Below, in pieces: positions 25,621-35,293 of a DNA stretch of 64,000 nucleotides. This stretch comes from a virus (lineage: Duplodnaviria > Caudoviricetes). The notes under the pieces were generated by a model. That model had not been told where the DNA came from and made no database searches. It worked only from the letters and a program-made list of their open reading frames with translations. The position numbers and the translations under genes are program-made. The stretch is taken from IMG/VR virus record IMGVR_UViG_3300046804_003398; one strand, 5' to 3'. Within the stretch, counting starts at the first letter, position 1. Each line of letters opens with the position of its first letter.

Positions 25621-26007
25621 TCACTTTTCTTCACTGGACGAGGTTTGTCCCCCTTGCCCGCTTGTCGATTCTGATTGCTCATATATTTCTTTGTATGCTT
25701 TTTCTATGGTTGAAAAGAATTTGTCTTGACGATAAAGATCTTCAGCAATTACAGTGTCGCTCTTGAGGAAGAAGGGTTTATCGCTAGGCTTAAGCCAGAA
25801 GCCGCCTTTGTCATCTTTTTCATAACTGACAAAAATGACATGGAACAACTTTTCTTGTAGAGTATTATACAAGTCTGCTTGTGGGTTGTCTACATAGAAA
25901 ATGTCTTTTTCCGCCCATTTGCCGTTTACTCTTGGGCATACACACATTCGGTATTCTCCCTTGATGAATACTTTAAAAACAAATGCGTTGGGTATTGATT
26001 CGTTCAT
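25621..26007 (-). CDS. hypothetical protein
   Basis: 128-aa ORF. Confidence 0.7.
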   Translation of the reverse strand: MNESIPNAFVFKVFIKGEYRMCVCPRVNGKWAEKDIFYVDNPQADLYNTLQEKLFHVIFVSYEKDDKGGFWLKPSDKPFFLKSDTVIAEDLYRQDKFFSTIEKAYKEIYEQSESTSGQGGQTSSSEEK

Positions 26008-26011
26008 ATAA

Positions 26012-26236
26012 TTAACAACAGTGTCCTTTCTTGTCTTCAGCGGTAAATCTGTTTAGATAGTTATTGTGTCTTATATCTCTAAGACCATACAACTCTCTAT
26101 ACATCTCATACGTAATCTTATCCAGATCCTTCACAATCATGGGAATCGACTTAGTAGGATCAACAGCACGCATTTGTTTGCAATACTTCGTAATAATTGT
26201 TTTTATATTATCCTCCGGTATAACAGGTTTATTCAT
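26012..26236 (-). CDS. hypothetical protein
   Basis: Start reset to MNKPVIP, overlapping the upstream stop (ATGAATAA). Confidence 0.6.
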   Translation of the reverse strand: MNKPVIPEDNIKTIITKYCKQMRAVDPTKSIPMIVKDLDKITYEMYRELYGLRDIRHNNYLNRFTAEDKKGHCC

Positions 26237-27566
26237 TGTCCCATACTTTAATTTTAGACCACGAAGAATCCTTGAAGAAAATATCAGGTTCACCAAAATG
26301 ATCCAAAGCAGCTTGAACAATGTTTCCACTACCCCAGTGCCAACCACAGATATATCCATCTGTCTTGATCTTAGGCAACCACTGTGCCAATAGTCTCCAA
26401 CAATACTGATATGAGGCGTATTCGTTGATGTAGATCATATCAATGCTATTATCTTCAAATCTATCAGCAGCTTCCAAAGCATCAACATCATCAATGATCT
26501 TAACGTAAGGATATGGCTTGGTTCTCAACTTGAAGTTATGACGAATATCCTCAAGAGCAATGTTCTTTGGCCAAGATGGATCAACCTTATCAAATTGATC
26601 TACTACGGTCAATTCTTCTGGACTCAACAACTTTGCCATCAATGATGTGGTTTCACCTTGATAACAATTGATTTCAACGATTCTCTTGATCTTGAATCCA
26701 CGTTGTTCAGAATCTTTCTTCAAGTATTCGGTGAAATCCAAGAAGCCAGTCAAATACACCTTCACTGGGTTATCAAGCATCGACAAAAACTTGATGTCAG
26801 CATCAGTTGCGAAGAATTGTTCTTGAACACCAATACCAATACGAGAGTTTTGGATGTTCTTTAACTTGTTGGTGTTTGTCTGTAACTTTATCTTGTTGAC
26901 CTTCTTTGCCCAACTTCCGTCATCAAAGTAAGCATCCACATTACCAAGAAGACTTGTGATGTTATACACCGTGTCAGAGGTTCCCCAGTCACTTCCAGCC
27001 ATGATACCACCATTACGTAGTTTAGGAAGATACAACTCAATCAGCTCTCTGGTTCGTTCAGGCTTGGTGTTGGTTCCAAGATAAATAAAGTCCAAACTGT
27101 CATCTTCGATCTTTGAGAGAACACTAACTTCATCACCCTCATGCAAAACGATAGAAGGATATTGTTTTGACCTCAAATAGAAGTTGTGTCTAACGTTTTC
27201 CCAGTTGTGAGTGACAAACTTTGAATCATCATTGATTACGTCCTTAACTGGTCTTGAGGCGAAACGTTCAACTACATTCAACACATTTGGATTCAACTTG
27301 TAGGCAAAAATGGTTGATAGTTCGCCTTGAAAACAATTCAATTCAAGCATATGTTTCACTTGAATCTTGCTGTTGATATACTCGCACAAATCTAAAGCAC
27401 CTTTCAAAGGACTGATAAGAAAGTCCTTTGGGTTTTCCAAGATGAAATCAATGCTCTGTTCGCTAGCATAAAACTGATTTTTTGCAGCAATAGCATTATC
27501 ATGGCTTGGAATTCCCAATCTAAATTTTGGAACTGATGTAATCAAAGGTATATTTGTTGTTGTCAT
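26229..27566 (-). CDS. tandem two-domain class I methyltransferase-like protein (degenerate motifs)
   Basis: Two repeats of E(L/I)NC(F/Y)QGE..DD(S)LD(F/M)IY..LPK(L/I)..GG...G.(D/H)WG..YF.D.SW.K; motif I Gly replaced by Asn. Confidence 0.75.
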   Translation of the reverse strand: MTTTNIPLITSVPKFRLGIPSHDNAIAAKNQFYASEQSIDFILENPKDFLISPLKGALDLCEYINSKIQVKHMLELNCFQGELSTIFAYKLNPNVLNVVERFASRPVKDVINDDSKFVTHNWENVRHNFYLRSKQYPSIVLHEGDEVSVLSKIEDDSLDFIYLGTNTKPERTRELIELYLPKLRNGGIMAGSDWGTSDTVYNITSLLGNVDAYFDDGSWAKKVNKIKLQTNTNKLKNIQNSRIGIGVQEQFFATDADIKFLSMLDNPVKVYLTGFLDFTEYLKKDSEQRGFKIKRIVEINCYQGETTSLMAKLLSPEELTVVDQFDKVDPSWPKNIALEDIRHNFKLRTKPYPYVKIIDDVDALEAADRFEDNSIDMIYINEYASYQYCWRLLAQWLPKIKTDGYICGWHWGSGNIVQAALDHFGEPDIFFKDSSWSKIKVWDNE

Positions 27567-27609
27567 AACTATTATATAGGTTTTTGTATCGTCTTTTGTG
27601 TAATTATAA

Positions 27610-27861
27610 TTATTTCTTGGTCAGGAATTCTGCCAAAGATTTTTGATTTTCTGTGTTTAAAATAACGAAGTCAGACCATGGTTTTCCATATCTAAGAATT
27701 TGCCAGCACCATCGCAGTCTTTCTGACCATCCAAGTGTTCTACCATCAAGTCCACGTTCAAACAAGCTCAATGATACTTCTTCTTCATCTTTGAATCGTT
27801 CAACGAGAAGTCCATGTGCGTGACAATCACAAATCAAAAAGATTGAGTCTTGGTCTTTCAT
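27610..27861 (-). CDS. hypothetical protein
   Basis: 83-aa ORF. Confidence 0.65.
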   Translation of the reverse strand: MKDQDSIFLICDCHAHGLLVERFKDEEEVSLSLFERGLDGRTLGWSERLRWCWQILRYGKPWSDFVILNTENQKSLAEFLTKK

Positions 27862-28445
27862 ATTTTCAGAAATCTTTCAACATTCCAGATTTTATACGTA
27901 ACCCAAGTTGCTGATTTGTGAATTGTTCTACAGATGGTCATTACGAATTTGTTGTAGTATCTACCAAACAGTCTGTAGAACAATGTATATTCAAACTTCT
28001 GTCTATTGGTCCAATACTCTACATCTTTTCGGTGTTGTTCTTTGCGTTCAGCATTGTCTGTAGCAGTAAATTCCATCAATTTGGCGTCAGTTACCTTTCC
28101 ATCAACAAATGTGACTTTATATTCAATCCAATAGTCATATGTGTCATTTGTATCTGTATCATAAGCATACAGTTTGACTGTATCTGTTATAGGATAAATT
28201 TGTTGCCACCAAACTTTGGTTTCTTTACGAGTTGGCAATTTTTCAATTAAAGACTTACCATTTGGGTTACCATCTGTATATTCATACTCAGCACAACGCA
28301 ACCACAATGTTCCATCCTCACGGATTTCATAAAGATCCAAAGCATTATCAAAATCCTTGGTCTGGTATCTGTTATTAGAATATCCCTTAGCATCTTCTGG
28401 TAAAGGAAGAGGATACTTACACACTACGTCGTCAAACATTCCCAT
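27858..28445 (-). CDS. conserved phage hypothetical protein
   Basis: MGMFD..CKYPLP..YQTKDFD..LYEIREDG.LW..EYKVTFVDGKV, a recurrent phage motif set. Confidence 0.7.
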   Translation of the reverse strand: MGMFDDVVCKYPLPLPEDAKGYSNNRYQTKDFDNALDLYEIREDGTLWLRCAEYEYTDGNPNGKSLIEKLPTRKETKVWWQQIYPITDTVKLYAYDTDTNDTYDYWIEYKVTFVDGKVTDAKLMEFTATDNAERKEQHRKDVEYWTNRQKFEYTLFYRLFGRYYNKFVMTICRTIHKSATWVTYKIWNVERFLKI

Positions 28446-28446
28446 A

Positions 28447-29703
28447 TTACTTGATCTCTTTAATCCAACTACTGTCGTCAAAGTATATATCTACATCACC
28501 GATGGTCTCAAGACAAGCAAAAACTACATCTCCGCTGCCCCAACCAATTCCAGCAATATATCCAGGCTTCTTGAGTTTCTTGACAGCGTTGGTCAACTGA
28601 CTCTTGAGTTCTTCTTTATTTTTATGTTCACTCAACACTACCAAGTCAACTGATGATTCTTCTATGATGCGTTCAAACATGATAGTTGGGTCATATTTGA
28701 TTAGTTTAACACAAGGGTATTTTTCAGTTCTCATTGTGAAGTTTTCTTCAGCATGAACTAAATCGACTGGTTCGTTTATATCTTGTGGTGACGATTCAAA
28801 CTTTTCTCCAACCCAAATTGCTTCAGGTGTAAGATACTTGGCAAGTAGTTCGGTGTTTTCACCTTGATAAGCACCAATTTCTAAGATTCGTTTGATGTTT
28901 CTATTTTGCAGATACTTGAAGAACTTTAATGTTCCTTCAGCACTTAGTTTCGCATGACCAGTCTTCTTAGAAAGAGCATATTCAATATCTTCGTCGTTTG
29001 AAGTTATTGGTTGATCCAAACCTCTTCCAATCTTTGCATTTGGAATGGTATGTAGCCTAGAATTGTTTTTTACACGTTGTGTTACTTGAACAACCCAACT
29101 ACTGTCTTCAAAGCGAGCATCCACTTCACCAAGTTGGTTTCTGAGCGCTTTTGTTACACTCTCTCTGCCAAGATCATGACCAGCAATAAATCCACCCACC
29201 TTGATCTTGGGAAGATACATCTTAATATCACGAATGACACCTTCGTAAGTGTGATCTCCATCTACATAAACAAAATCAAGACTGTTGTCTTCAAACTTAT
29301 TAAGCACGGCATAGCTGAAGTCTTTGATGTGATTTATACATTGATATTGACTTATACGGAGGTTGAAATTATGAATGACATTGGTGAAATCACCTGTTGA
29401 ACTACCATCGAATTCATCGTAACCATTCACAAACGGATCGACAGCATACAGTTCTTTTGGATTGAACTTGAGTGCAAACAGTGTGGTTGATTCACCTTGA
29501 TATGAACCGATCTCGACCATCTTCTCGACCTTGGTTCGTTGATTGACATAATCGATACACCCAAGCAACCCAGTCAACCAACTGTTTTGGTAATTGTTAT
29601 TGTTCAATACAGTCGCAATATTTTCTTCTGTTACAAAGTATTGGTCGTCTGGGTAGCCTACCCCAAGACGCATATTGCTACATTTTCGTAAGTTGTTGTC
29701 CAT
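28447..29703 (-). CDS. tandem two-domain class I methyltransferase (Methyltransf_24-like)
   Basis: VEIGSYQGES..AVDPF..VYVDGDHTYE..GGFIAGHD; second domain LEIGAYQGE lacks DGDH. Confidence 0.85.
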   Translation of the reverse strand: MDNNLRKCSNMRLGVGYPDDQYFVTEENIATVLNNNNYQNSWLTGLLGCIDYVNQRTKVEKMVEIGSYQGESTTLFALKFNPKELYAVDPFVNGYDEFDGSSTGDFTNVIHNFNLRISQYQCINHIKDFSYAVLNKFEDNSLDFVYVDGDHTYEGVIRDIKMYLPKIKVGGFIAGHDLGRESVTKALRNQLGEVDARFEDSSWVVQVTQRVKNNSRLHTIPNAKIGRGLDQPITSNDEDIEYALSKKTGHAKLSAEGTLKFFKYLQNRNIKRILEIGAYQGENTELLAKYLTPEAIWVGEKFESSPQDINEPVDLVHAEENFTMRTEKYPCVKLIKYDPTIMFERIIEESSVDLVVLSEHKNKEELKSQLTNAVKKLKKPGYIAGIGWGSGDVVFACLETIGDVDIYFDDSSWIKEIK

Positions 29704-29708
29704 GTTAT

Positions 29709-29909
29709 TTATTCTTTGATATACTCCAACTTACCCGTGTAACATTCAAAACAAAGTTGACCAGCACCTTCTACATAGTTGGATCTATAGTCGATATGTA
29801 GATTCTTGGGAACGTTGGTCAACTTATCACACATGACACAGTTTTCGAAATCACCAGACAAAACTGTGAAATCATCATTATGCTTGTTTTTTACGATTGT
29901 ATTGTTCAT
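29709..29909 (-). CDS. small Zn-finger hypothetical protein
   Basis: CVMC..YVEGAGQLCFEC. Confidence 0.7.
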   Translation of the reverse strand: MNNTIVKNKHNDDFTVLSGDFENCVMCDKLTNVPKNLHIDYRSNYVEGAGQLCFECYTGKLEYIKE

Positions 29910-29912
29910 AAC

Positions 29913-30170
29913 TCAGTTAACTTTCTCGGTTTTATATATCTTACCATCAGTGGTATAATACGCCCTATAAGTATTTTTTGTAATAGTAGTTACCTGAGAA
30001 ATATTTGTTGAATTTGTGTTATACTCAACATAGTCGTTTGTGATTCTGGTTACGGTTCCCTTCTTAGCAGCTTCATTTACAGCTGGTTCAAAAGTGTATC
30101 GAAGACAGACGCATCCAGTTTGAGTTGCGGTGATAATAGTAAACAGTCCGATTAAGAATAGATTTTTCAT
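29913..30170 (-). CDS. putative lipoprotein
   Basis: MKNLFLIGLFTIITATQTGC: signal peptide with lipobox-like TGC. Confidence 0.55.
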   Translation of the reverse strand: MKNLFLIGLFTIITATQTGCVCLRYTFEPAVNEAAKKGTVTRITNDYVEYNTNSTNISQVTTITKNTYRAYYTTDGKIYKTEKVN

Positions 30171-30505
30171 TTCCAAATTACTTGTAGAACGATAATTAAA
30201 CACGACAAACCAAGCAACGTCAAGGTTTTAAGTGACAGTCGTTCATTAAAATAAATAGAGGTCAGTGTAGTAAACATAATGATACCAATACCAAAGGTAA
30301 ACATACGATTTGGCCACATCTTTCCGCCAAAGTAATCACTGATATAACTTACCGCTTTGATGGACATCCAAGTGCATGGAATGCTCAACAATATCAAGTA
30401 GTTTTCATTCTTTCTATAGAATTCATGGATAAATTGTCCATACAGTTGATGCCATCCAATGATATACACAGCAGTCAACAACGCAATACCTATCAATAAT
30501 TTCAT
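30167..30505 (-). CDS. small multi-pass membrane protein (DMT/EamA-like)
   Basis: Four hydrophobic helices; FNERLSLKTLTLLGLS C-terminal pattern. Confidence 0.65.
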   Translation of the reverse strand: MKLLIGIALLTAVYIIGWHQLYGQFIHEFYRKNENYLILLSIPCTWMSIKAVSYISDYFGGKMWPNRMFTFGIGIIMFTTLTSIYFNERLSLKTLTLLGLSCLIIVLQVIWK

Positions 30506-30759
30506 TGTATTAGTTCTATGAACCCCGGTGTATTTGGTCCTACATAAGCACAAACTTGATTAAATTCATGGTATTCAGTAGCTTCATGCCAACTTATGTT
30601 GTTTTCTTTCATGAGCTTATTGATAACTTTGTTGGTATCGTATACAACATAAGGTTCCATCTCATATCTATATCCGATACCAACAATGCAGTCATCATAT
30701 CCATCCATTGTCATCAATTCGTTTGATTGAATGGTATCCCACAAATTATTTTTTGTCAT
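30502..30759 (-). CDS. conserved phage hypothetical protein
   Basis: DGYDDCIVG..VVYD..KVI..EA.EY.EFN...AYVG..TP. Confidence 0.75.
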   Translation of the reverse strand: MTKNNLWDTIQSNELMTMDGYDDCIVGIGYRYEMEPYVVYDTNKVINKLMKENNISWHEATEYHEFNQVCAYVGPNTPGFIELIQ

Positions 30760-30988
30760 AAGATCCTCTCATTTCTTGGTATGAGATCTTCTTAAACACC
30801 AAAGCGTCACCGATATGGATAAATCGTTCCATATCAGTTGCCCATGGATGTCTAAAAGCAAACACGGTAGATGATACAATTAGATAGATCACTGATCCCA
30901 TCAACAGATAGATTGACAGTGATTCAAGTTTTTCTTTACAACGATTTATTATACGATTCCACATAACTAATGATATTTTGTGAACCAA
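30746..30988 (-). CDS. hypothetical membrane protein
   Basis: One hydrophobic segment; start uncertain (overlaps neighbour). Confidence 0.45.
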   Translation of the reverse strand: MVHKISLVMWNRIINRCKEKLESLSIYLLMGSVIYLIVSSTVFAFRHPWATDMERFIHIGDALVFKKISYQEMRGSYDKK

Positions 30989-31313
30989 CGGGATTCATAC
31001 TGTGAACTACATAATCTGGATGTTTCACACCTTTCTTCATACAATAATCGACCAACCACTTGGCACAGTGGTAACCAGTCTTTTCATCATATTTGTCATA
31101 AGGAATTGAGTCTCCACGCAATCCGTGTCCATAATGAATATCACTCAAATCATGATCATAACAAACATATGCAGGAACTCCATTTTTAGAAATAAAGTTG
31201 ACAAACTCGTTATAACTACGAACGATGATCCAATTATGTGGTGGGATGGTTACCCAAGTTACATCGTCTGGGTGACGAACATCATCCAAAAATAGATAGT
31301 ATTTATTACTCAT
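30936..31313 (-). CDS. cyclic-phosphate-processing receiver-like (cREC) domain protein
   Basis: LFLDDVRHP, VRSYNEF, YDHDL, TGYHCAKWLV, VHSMNPVG. Confidence 0.75.
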   Translation of the reverse strand: MSNKYYLFLDDVRHPDDVTWVTIPPHNWIIVRSYNEFVNFISKNGVPAYVCYDHDLSDIHYGHGLRGDSIPYDKYDEKTGYHCAKWLVDYCMKKGVKHPDYVVHSMNPVGSQNIISYVESYNKSL

Positions 31314-31497
31314 TTTTTTTAATTTTCTCTTCTAAGTATAGAGTATATCTAGCTTGTTGTCTACACTTAACTAGTTGAACTCCTAATAAATCTACTTTGA
31401 CGACACGAATACCTTTTGAACCATATTCGTTCATTATAGTTTCCAATTCTTCTGTAGTAGATACAGTATGTATCCTAACACTATATTTGTATTTCAT
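31306..31497 (-). CDS. small hypothetical protein
   Basis: 63-aa ORF overlapping both neighbours by a few nt. Confidence 0.6.
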   Translation of the reverse strand: MKYKYSVRIHTVSTTEELETIMNEYGSKGIRVVKVDLLGVQLVKCRQQARYTLYLEEKIKKNE

Positions 31498-32624
31498 ACT
31501 GCTACCTCCGCTTTAATTGTTGGATGTGGATCATAGTTCAACAACTTGATATCATCATACTTGAAGTTGAACAAATCCTTTACTTCGGGATTCAACCACA
31601 AACTAGGTAGTGCTTTTGGTTCACGACTCATTTGTAGTTTGATTTGATCCAAATGGTTGACATAAATGTGAGCATCACCGTGACTATGAGTGAATGTTCC
31701 CGGCACCATATTACTAACGTGAGCAATCATTGCGGTCAACAAACTATATGACGCAATGTTAAAAGGAACGCCCAAGAAAAAGTCATTGCTGCGTTGGTAT
31801 AACAAACAATTCAAACGACGGGTTGGAGTGTTACTTACATCAAACAACTCAACCATAGTTGATTCTGGTTCGGCAATCAAATCCCCTCCGTTATCTCGGT
31901 ATAATTGAAAACGTTCATCATATGTCAACTCTTCTGTATGAAAGTGAAATAAACAATGACATGGAGGCAACGCACAATGATCAACCCAGTATGGGTGCCA
32001 TGCACTTACAATCATACGACGATCATCTGGATTAGTTTTGAGTTTGTCAATTACTTTTTGTAGTTGATCAACTGTTTCTGCCGACCATCCACGAACTTCC
32101 ATGAAAGAACCTTTTTCATCTTGTTTGTTATAGCCAATTGGGCATATACGAGCGGGAAAATTTCTCCACATTCCACCATAAGTTCCTTCACCAAGCTCAC
32201 CCCATCTATTTGCAAACGATTCGTCAAATTTAATTTTTTCAACAAATTCTTCTTGTGTCAATTTGTTCTCTTGCACCGCTGGAATGTCTCTCTCCATATT
32301 TTCTGGAGAAGTATAGAATTTTGCTCTATTTTCCCACCAATCAGAATATTTCTTATATGCCCATTCGTTCCAAATACGAACATTGTTATCAACCAGATAC
32401 TTGATGTTGGTATCACCACTGATAAACCACAATAGTTCGTGAACAATTGCTGGCCAATGAACTTTCTTGGTGGTTAATAGAGGAAATGCGTTTAGATCCA
32501 CATTGTATTTGGCTTGAGCACCAAAAATACCAATGGTATCTACACCAGTTCGGTTCTTTTTAAGTCTTCCGTTTGTCAAAATATCATTGACAATTCTGAA
32601 ATATTCTGTGTCTACTTTGTTCAT
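31494..32624 (-). CDS. thyA: thymidylate synthase
   Basis: NRTGVDT, FPLLTTKKV, IWNEWA, DDRRMIVSAW, ALPPCH, YQRSND.FLGVPFNIASY, GDAHIY. Confidence 0.97.
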   Translation of the reverse strand: MNKVDTEYFRIVNDILTNGRLKKNRTGVDTIGIFGAQAKYNVDLNAFPLLTTKKVHWPAIVHELLWFISGDTNIKYLVDNNVRIWNEWAYKKYSDWWENRAKFYTSPENMERDIPAVQENKLTQEEFVEKIKFDESFANRWGELGEGTYGGMWRNFPARICPIGYNKQDEKGSFMEVRGWSAETVDQLQKVIDKLKTNPDDRRMIVSAWHPYWVDHCALPPCHCLFHFHTEELTYDERFQLYRDNGGDLIAEPESTMVELFDVSNTPTRRLNCLLYQRSNDFFLGVPFNIASYSLLTAMIAHVSNMVPGTFTHSHGDAHIYVNHLDQIKLQMSREPKALPSLWLNPEVKDLFNFKYDDIKLLNYDPHPTIKAEVAV

Positions 32625-32625
32625 A

Positions 32626-33099
32626 TTACTTACTATACTTTATAACTTTGTGTAGGTCAAATTCTTTCACCACTTCTTGCTTGTTATACAAGTGTTCAAA
32701 CGTTGGCATAAATGTATCACCCTCATAACTACCATTTACATGCGTAACATAAAATTCTGTAATATATGGTAGTAATCTAACATATGTTTTAGCTCCGCCC
32801 GCAACAATTATGTCTGGGTCCAGATCAGATACATCATTGATGATTTTGCCTGACAGACCGTTGTTATTGACAATATACTGGTTGGTTATGTGACTGAGTT
32901 CTTCTACTCTACGAGTCAATACTAGAATTTCTCTATTCTTGAGCATAGGAAGAGTATCAAATGTGTTTTTTCCCACAATAAGTTTTTTGCCCATCGTGAA
33001 CTCTTTAAACCACTTGAAGTCTTCTTTTATGGATGGCCATGGCAGTCCACCATTTTTTCCAATAACTCTATTTTGTGCTAACGCAAGTATGGCTTTCAT
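32626..33099 (-). CDS. folA: dihydrofolate reductase
   Basis: NRVIGKNGGLPW..KEDFKWFK, VGKNTF..LKNR, VAGGAKTY, GDTFMP. Confidence 0.95.
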   Translation of the reverse strand: MKAILALAQNRVIGKNGGLPWPSIKEDFKWFKEFTMGKKLIVGKNTFDTLPMLKNREILVLTRRVEELSHITNQYIVNNNGLSGKIINDVSDLDPDIIVAGGAKTYVRLLPYITEFYVTHVNGSYEGDTFMPTFEHLYNKQEVVKEFDLHKVIKYSK

Positions 33100-33524
33100 T
33101 TAATATAATCTAAGATCATGTTTACTGATTCATCAACTGTATGTTTATCAGTATCAATGTCGAGATAATTGACGAGGGGTGGTTCATAGTAATCCACCAT
33201 TTTACCTTCACGTAGTCGATTACTATGTAAATACACTTCTTTTACCTCATACAACAAATTCTCAGTCTTTAATTCTTCACGCAAATCTCTGAATGGATTG
33301 ACCAATGATACTATGACTGTGATATTATTTTTACAAATCAATCTGGCAAGCATTGAAGCAACTGTGACGTTTCTTCTTCGACCTTCAACACTATAGTCTT
33401 TATTGTCTAATATCTGACGAAGTTCATCACCATCAATAATACTAGAACACGACATATGCTTTTTGAGAGCATATGCCAGTGTTGTTTTTCCAGAGTTTGG
33501 TTGACCTGTAAGTATGATTATCAC
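33096..33524 (-). CDS. cysC: adenylylsulfate (APS) kinase
   Basis: LTGQPNSGKTT, IDGDELR, DYSVEGRRRN, VSLVNPFR, YYEPP. Confidence 0.85.
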   Translation of the reverse strand: MIIILTGQPNSGKTTLAYALKKHMSCSSIIDGDELRQILDNKDYSVEGRRRNVTVASMLARLICKNNITVIVSLVNPFRDLREELKTENLLYEVKEVYLHSNRLREGKMVDYYEPPLVNYLDIDTDKHTVDESVNMILDYIK

Positions 33525-33525
33525 A

Positions 33526-33996
33526 TCAGAACTTAGTTGTTCGATTATCTAGTTGCGCAATCTTTTCTTGTAAGTTTCTGAGTGTCAACAGAACCGCATC
33601 GAATTCACGTTTGAGCGATTCAACGTCATTTGTCGAAACATGGTGTTCGTGTATGTGTTCCGCATTAAGAGCACATTCAATGTGGTCATATCCAAACAGA
33701 TAGTCGATATCAACGTCATAAGTGTCTTTGCCACAGTGACGGCACTTCCATGCCTTATTTTCAATATTGTCGATTCGATTGATGGTCTTTAGAACCTCAT
33801 CGTCACTGGAACAATTCATGATGTCTACAGACCAATCAACTGGACCATTTTCTTCACGATTTGTGATTGATGGAAACTTGATTGTGAGTTCATGCTGAAT
33901 GACTCTAAGAATCGATTCAATTTGGGTTTCTTGAATTCTGCGCAGTGTTCTCGCACATTCGATGATGGTTTCTGTATGTTTATCTTGGTAGTCCAT
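33526..33996 (-). CDS. hypothetical protein
   Basis: 156-aa ORF with CRHC and a coiled-coil end. Confidence 0.7.
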   Translation of the reverse strand: MDYQDKHTETIIECARTLRRIQETQIESILRVIQHELTIKFPSITNREENGPVDWSVDIMNCSSDDEVLKTINRIDNIENKAWKCRHCGKDTYDVDIDYLFGYDHIECALNAEHIHEHHVSTNDVESLKREFDAVLLTLRNLQEKIAQLDNRTTKF

Positions 33997-33999
33997 AAT

Positions 34000-34197
34000 T
34001 TATTCTCCTTTTTTGAAACTGTCTTTCATGTCTTTAAGCAAAATGCCAATCGTATCCAAACTGGTTACACGATCCCGATATAATGCTTCGGTCTTTTGCT
34101 TTTCCAAATCTATAAGCTTAATAAGCTCATTGATCTTTTTCATTGTAACTGTAGGCTTTGTTCTTTCAAATTCGCTAGGATTCATAATTAACATCAT
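34000..34197 (-). CDS. small hypothetical protein
   Basis: 65-aa ORF in the array. Confidence 0.55.
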   Translation of the reverse strand: MMLIMNPSEFERTKPTVTMKKINELIKLIDLEKQKTEALYRDRVTSLDTIGILLKDMKDSFKKGE

Positions 34198-34233
34198 ACA
34201 AGCACTAGCGAAGCTGTCAACAAATCTTTTCTG

Positions 34234-35214
34234 CTACCCTGAAATAAATTTATTCATAGCATTAATAGAAGAACCCAAGTCAGGGTAAGCCCATTCATCA
34301 ACTAAATGGTAATCTATCAGCGATACATTTTGTTTACCAACCAAATAATCAGTTGGACCACCATAGTTTGTAGACACAATCTTCTTGTCGTAGTTCATAG
34401 CATCATATAAACTCAACCCAAATCCTTCACCCTTATGAAGACTGACATAACAATCACCTATTGAGTGTATGCTTAAAATGTCTTTATTTGATGAATTATC
34501 AGTTATCACATATATTGACTTAGATAAATTCTTGGTTCGTTTAGACAACTGTGCAATGATATGTCCCTTGTTTTGAACTGAATAATCTTTGTGATGTAAC
34601 TTTAAGACCAATTGTGTATTTGGATTCTTAGTGTTAACAGCGTCAAAACATTCTATTAGATCATTGATTCCCTTACGGTCAGTATATTCAGCAATACTAT
34701 AGTAAGTGAAAATATTATTGGGTATAGGTTTTCCTGTATAATCACGCAGATTGACTGTGGATCTATCTGGAAGAGTTTGATTCATAAATACATGTGGAAA
34801 TACAGTAATAGGAATTGTTACTCCGCATGATTCAAATGCTGTTTTGTTGAAAGACGATGGAACCCACAATTCCGACATCTTGTTAATATCATAAATCCAA
34901 TGATTGGGTATTTTTGAATTTTCCCAAGTGCAGTAACCTACTTGTTTAACTGGAAATGGTTTTTTGGTTCGTTCAGCTATCAATGACCACAGATTTGGTA
35001 AAGTGTGAAATATCTGCATGTCATAATAATCCAACGACTTGATTTTTGAACACACTTTTTTGTCGATTTCACTGTCTTTGTCGATCTGAGAATTATCAAA
35101 GACCAAAGGACTGAACGACACATTGTGACCTTGTTCTGATAGGTATAAAATGTTACCCTTTGCTGCTACTGCATAACCACTTGTGCCATATTGACCTACG
35201 TATTCAATGTTCAT
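34234..35214 (-). CDS. GT-B glycosyltransferase (GT4-like)
   Basis: SGYAVAA, WVPSSFNK, RKGINDLIECF, HKGEGFGLSLYDAM. Confidence 0.9.
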   Translation of the reverse strand: MNIEYVGQYGTSGYAVAAKGNILYLSEQGHNVSFSPLVFDNSQIDKDSEIDKKVCSKIKSLDYYDMQIFHTLPNLWSLIAERTKKPFPVKQVGYCTWENSKIPNHWIYDINKMSELWVPSSFNKTAFESCGVTIPITVFPHVFMNQTLPDRSTVNLRDYTGKPIPNNIFTYYSIAEYTDRKGINDLIECFDAVNTKNPNTQLVLKLHHKDYSVQNKGHIIAQLSKRTKNLSKSIYVITDNSSNKDILSIHSIGDCYVSLHKGEGFGLSLYDAMNYDKKIVSTNYGGPTDYLVGKQNVSLIDYHLVDEWAYPDLGSSINAMNKFISG

Positions 35215-35293
35215 ACGTTAATAATATAGGTAATTATAAAAACAAACTATCATATAATTTAAACAATAAAAACATATGTATATACATTAGGTT

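Noticed and set aside
31494-32624. Intron or intein in thyA
   Set aside because: The two insertions relative to E. coli ThyA are short and in-frame, with no intein (C...HN) or intron signatures.
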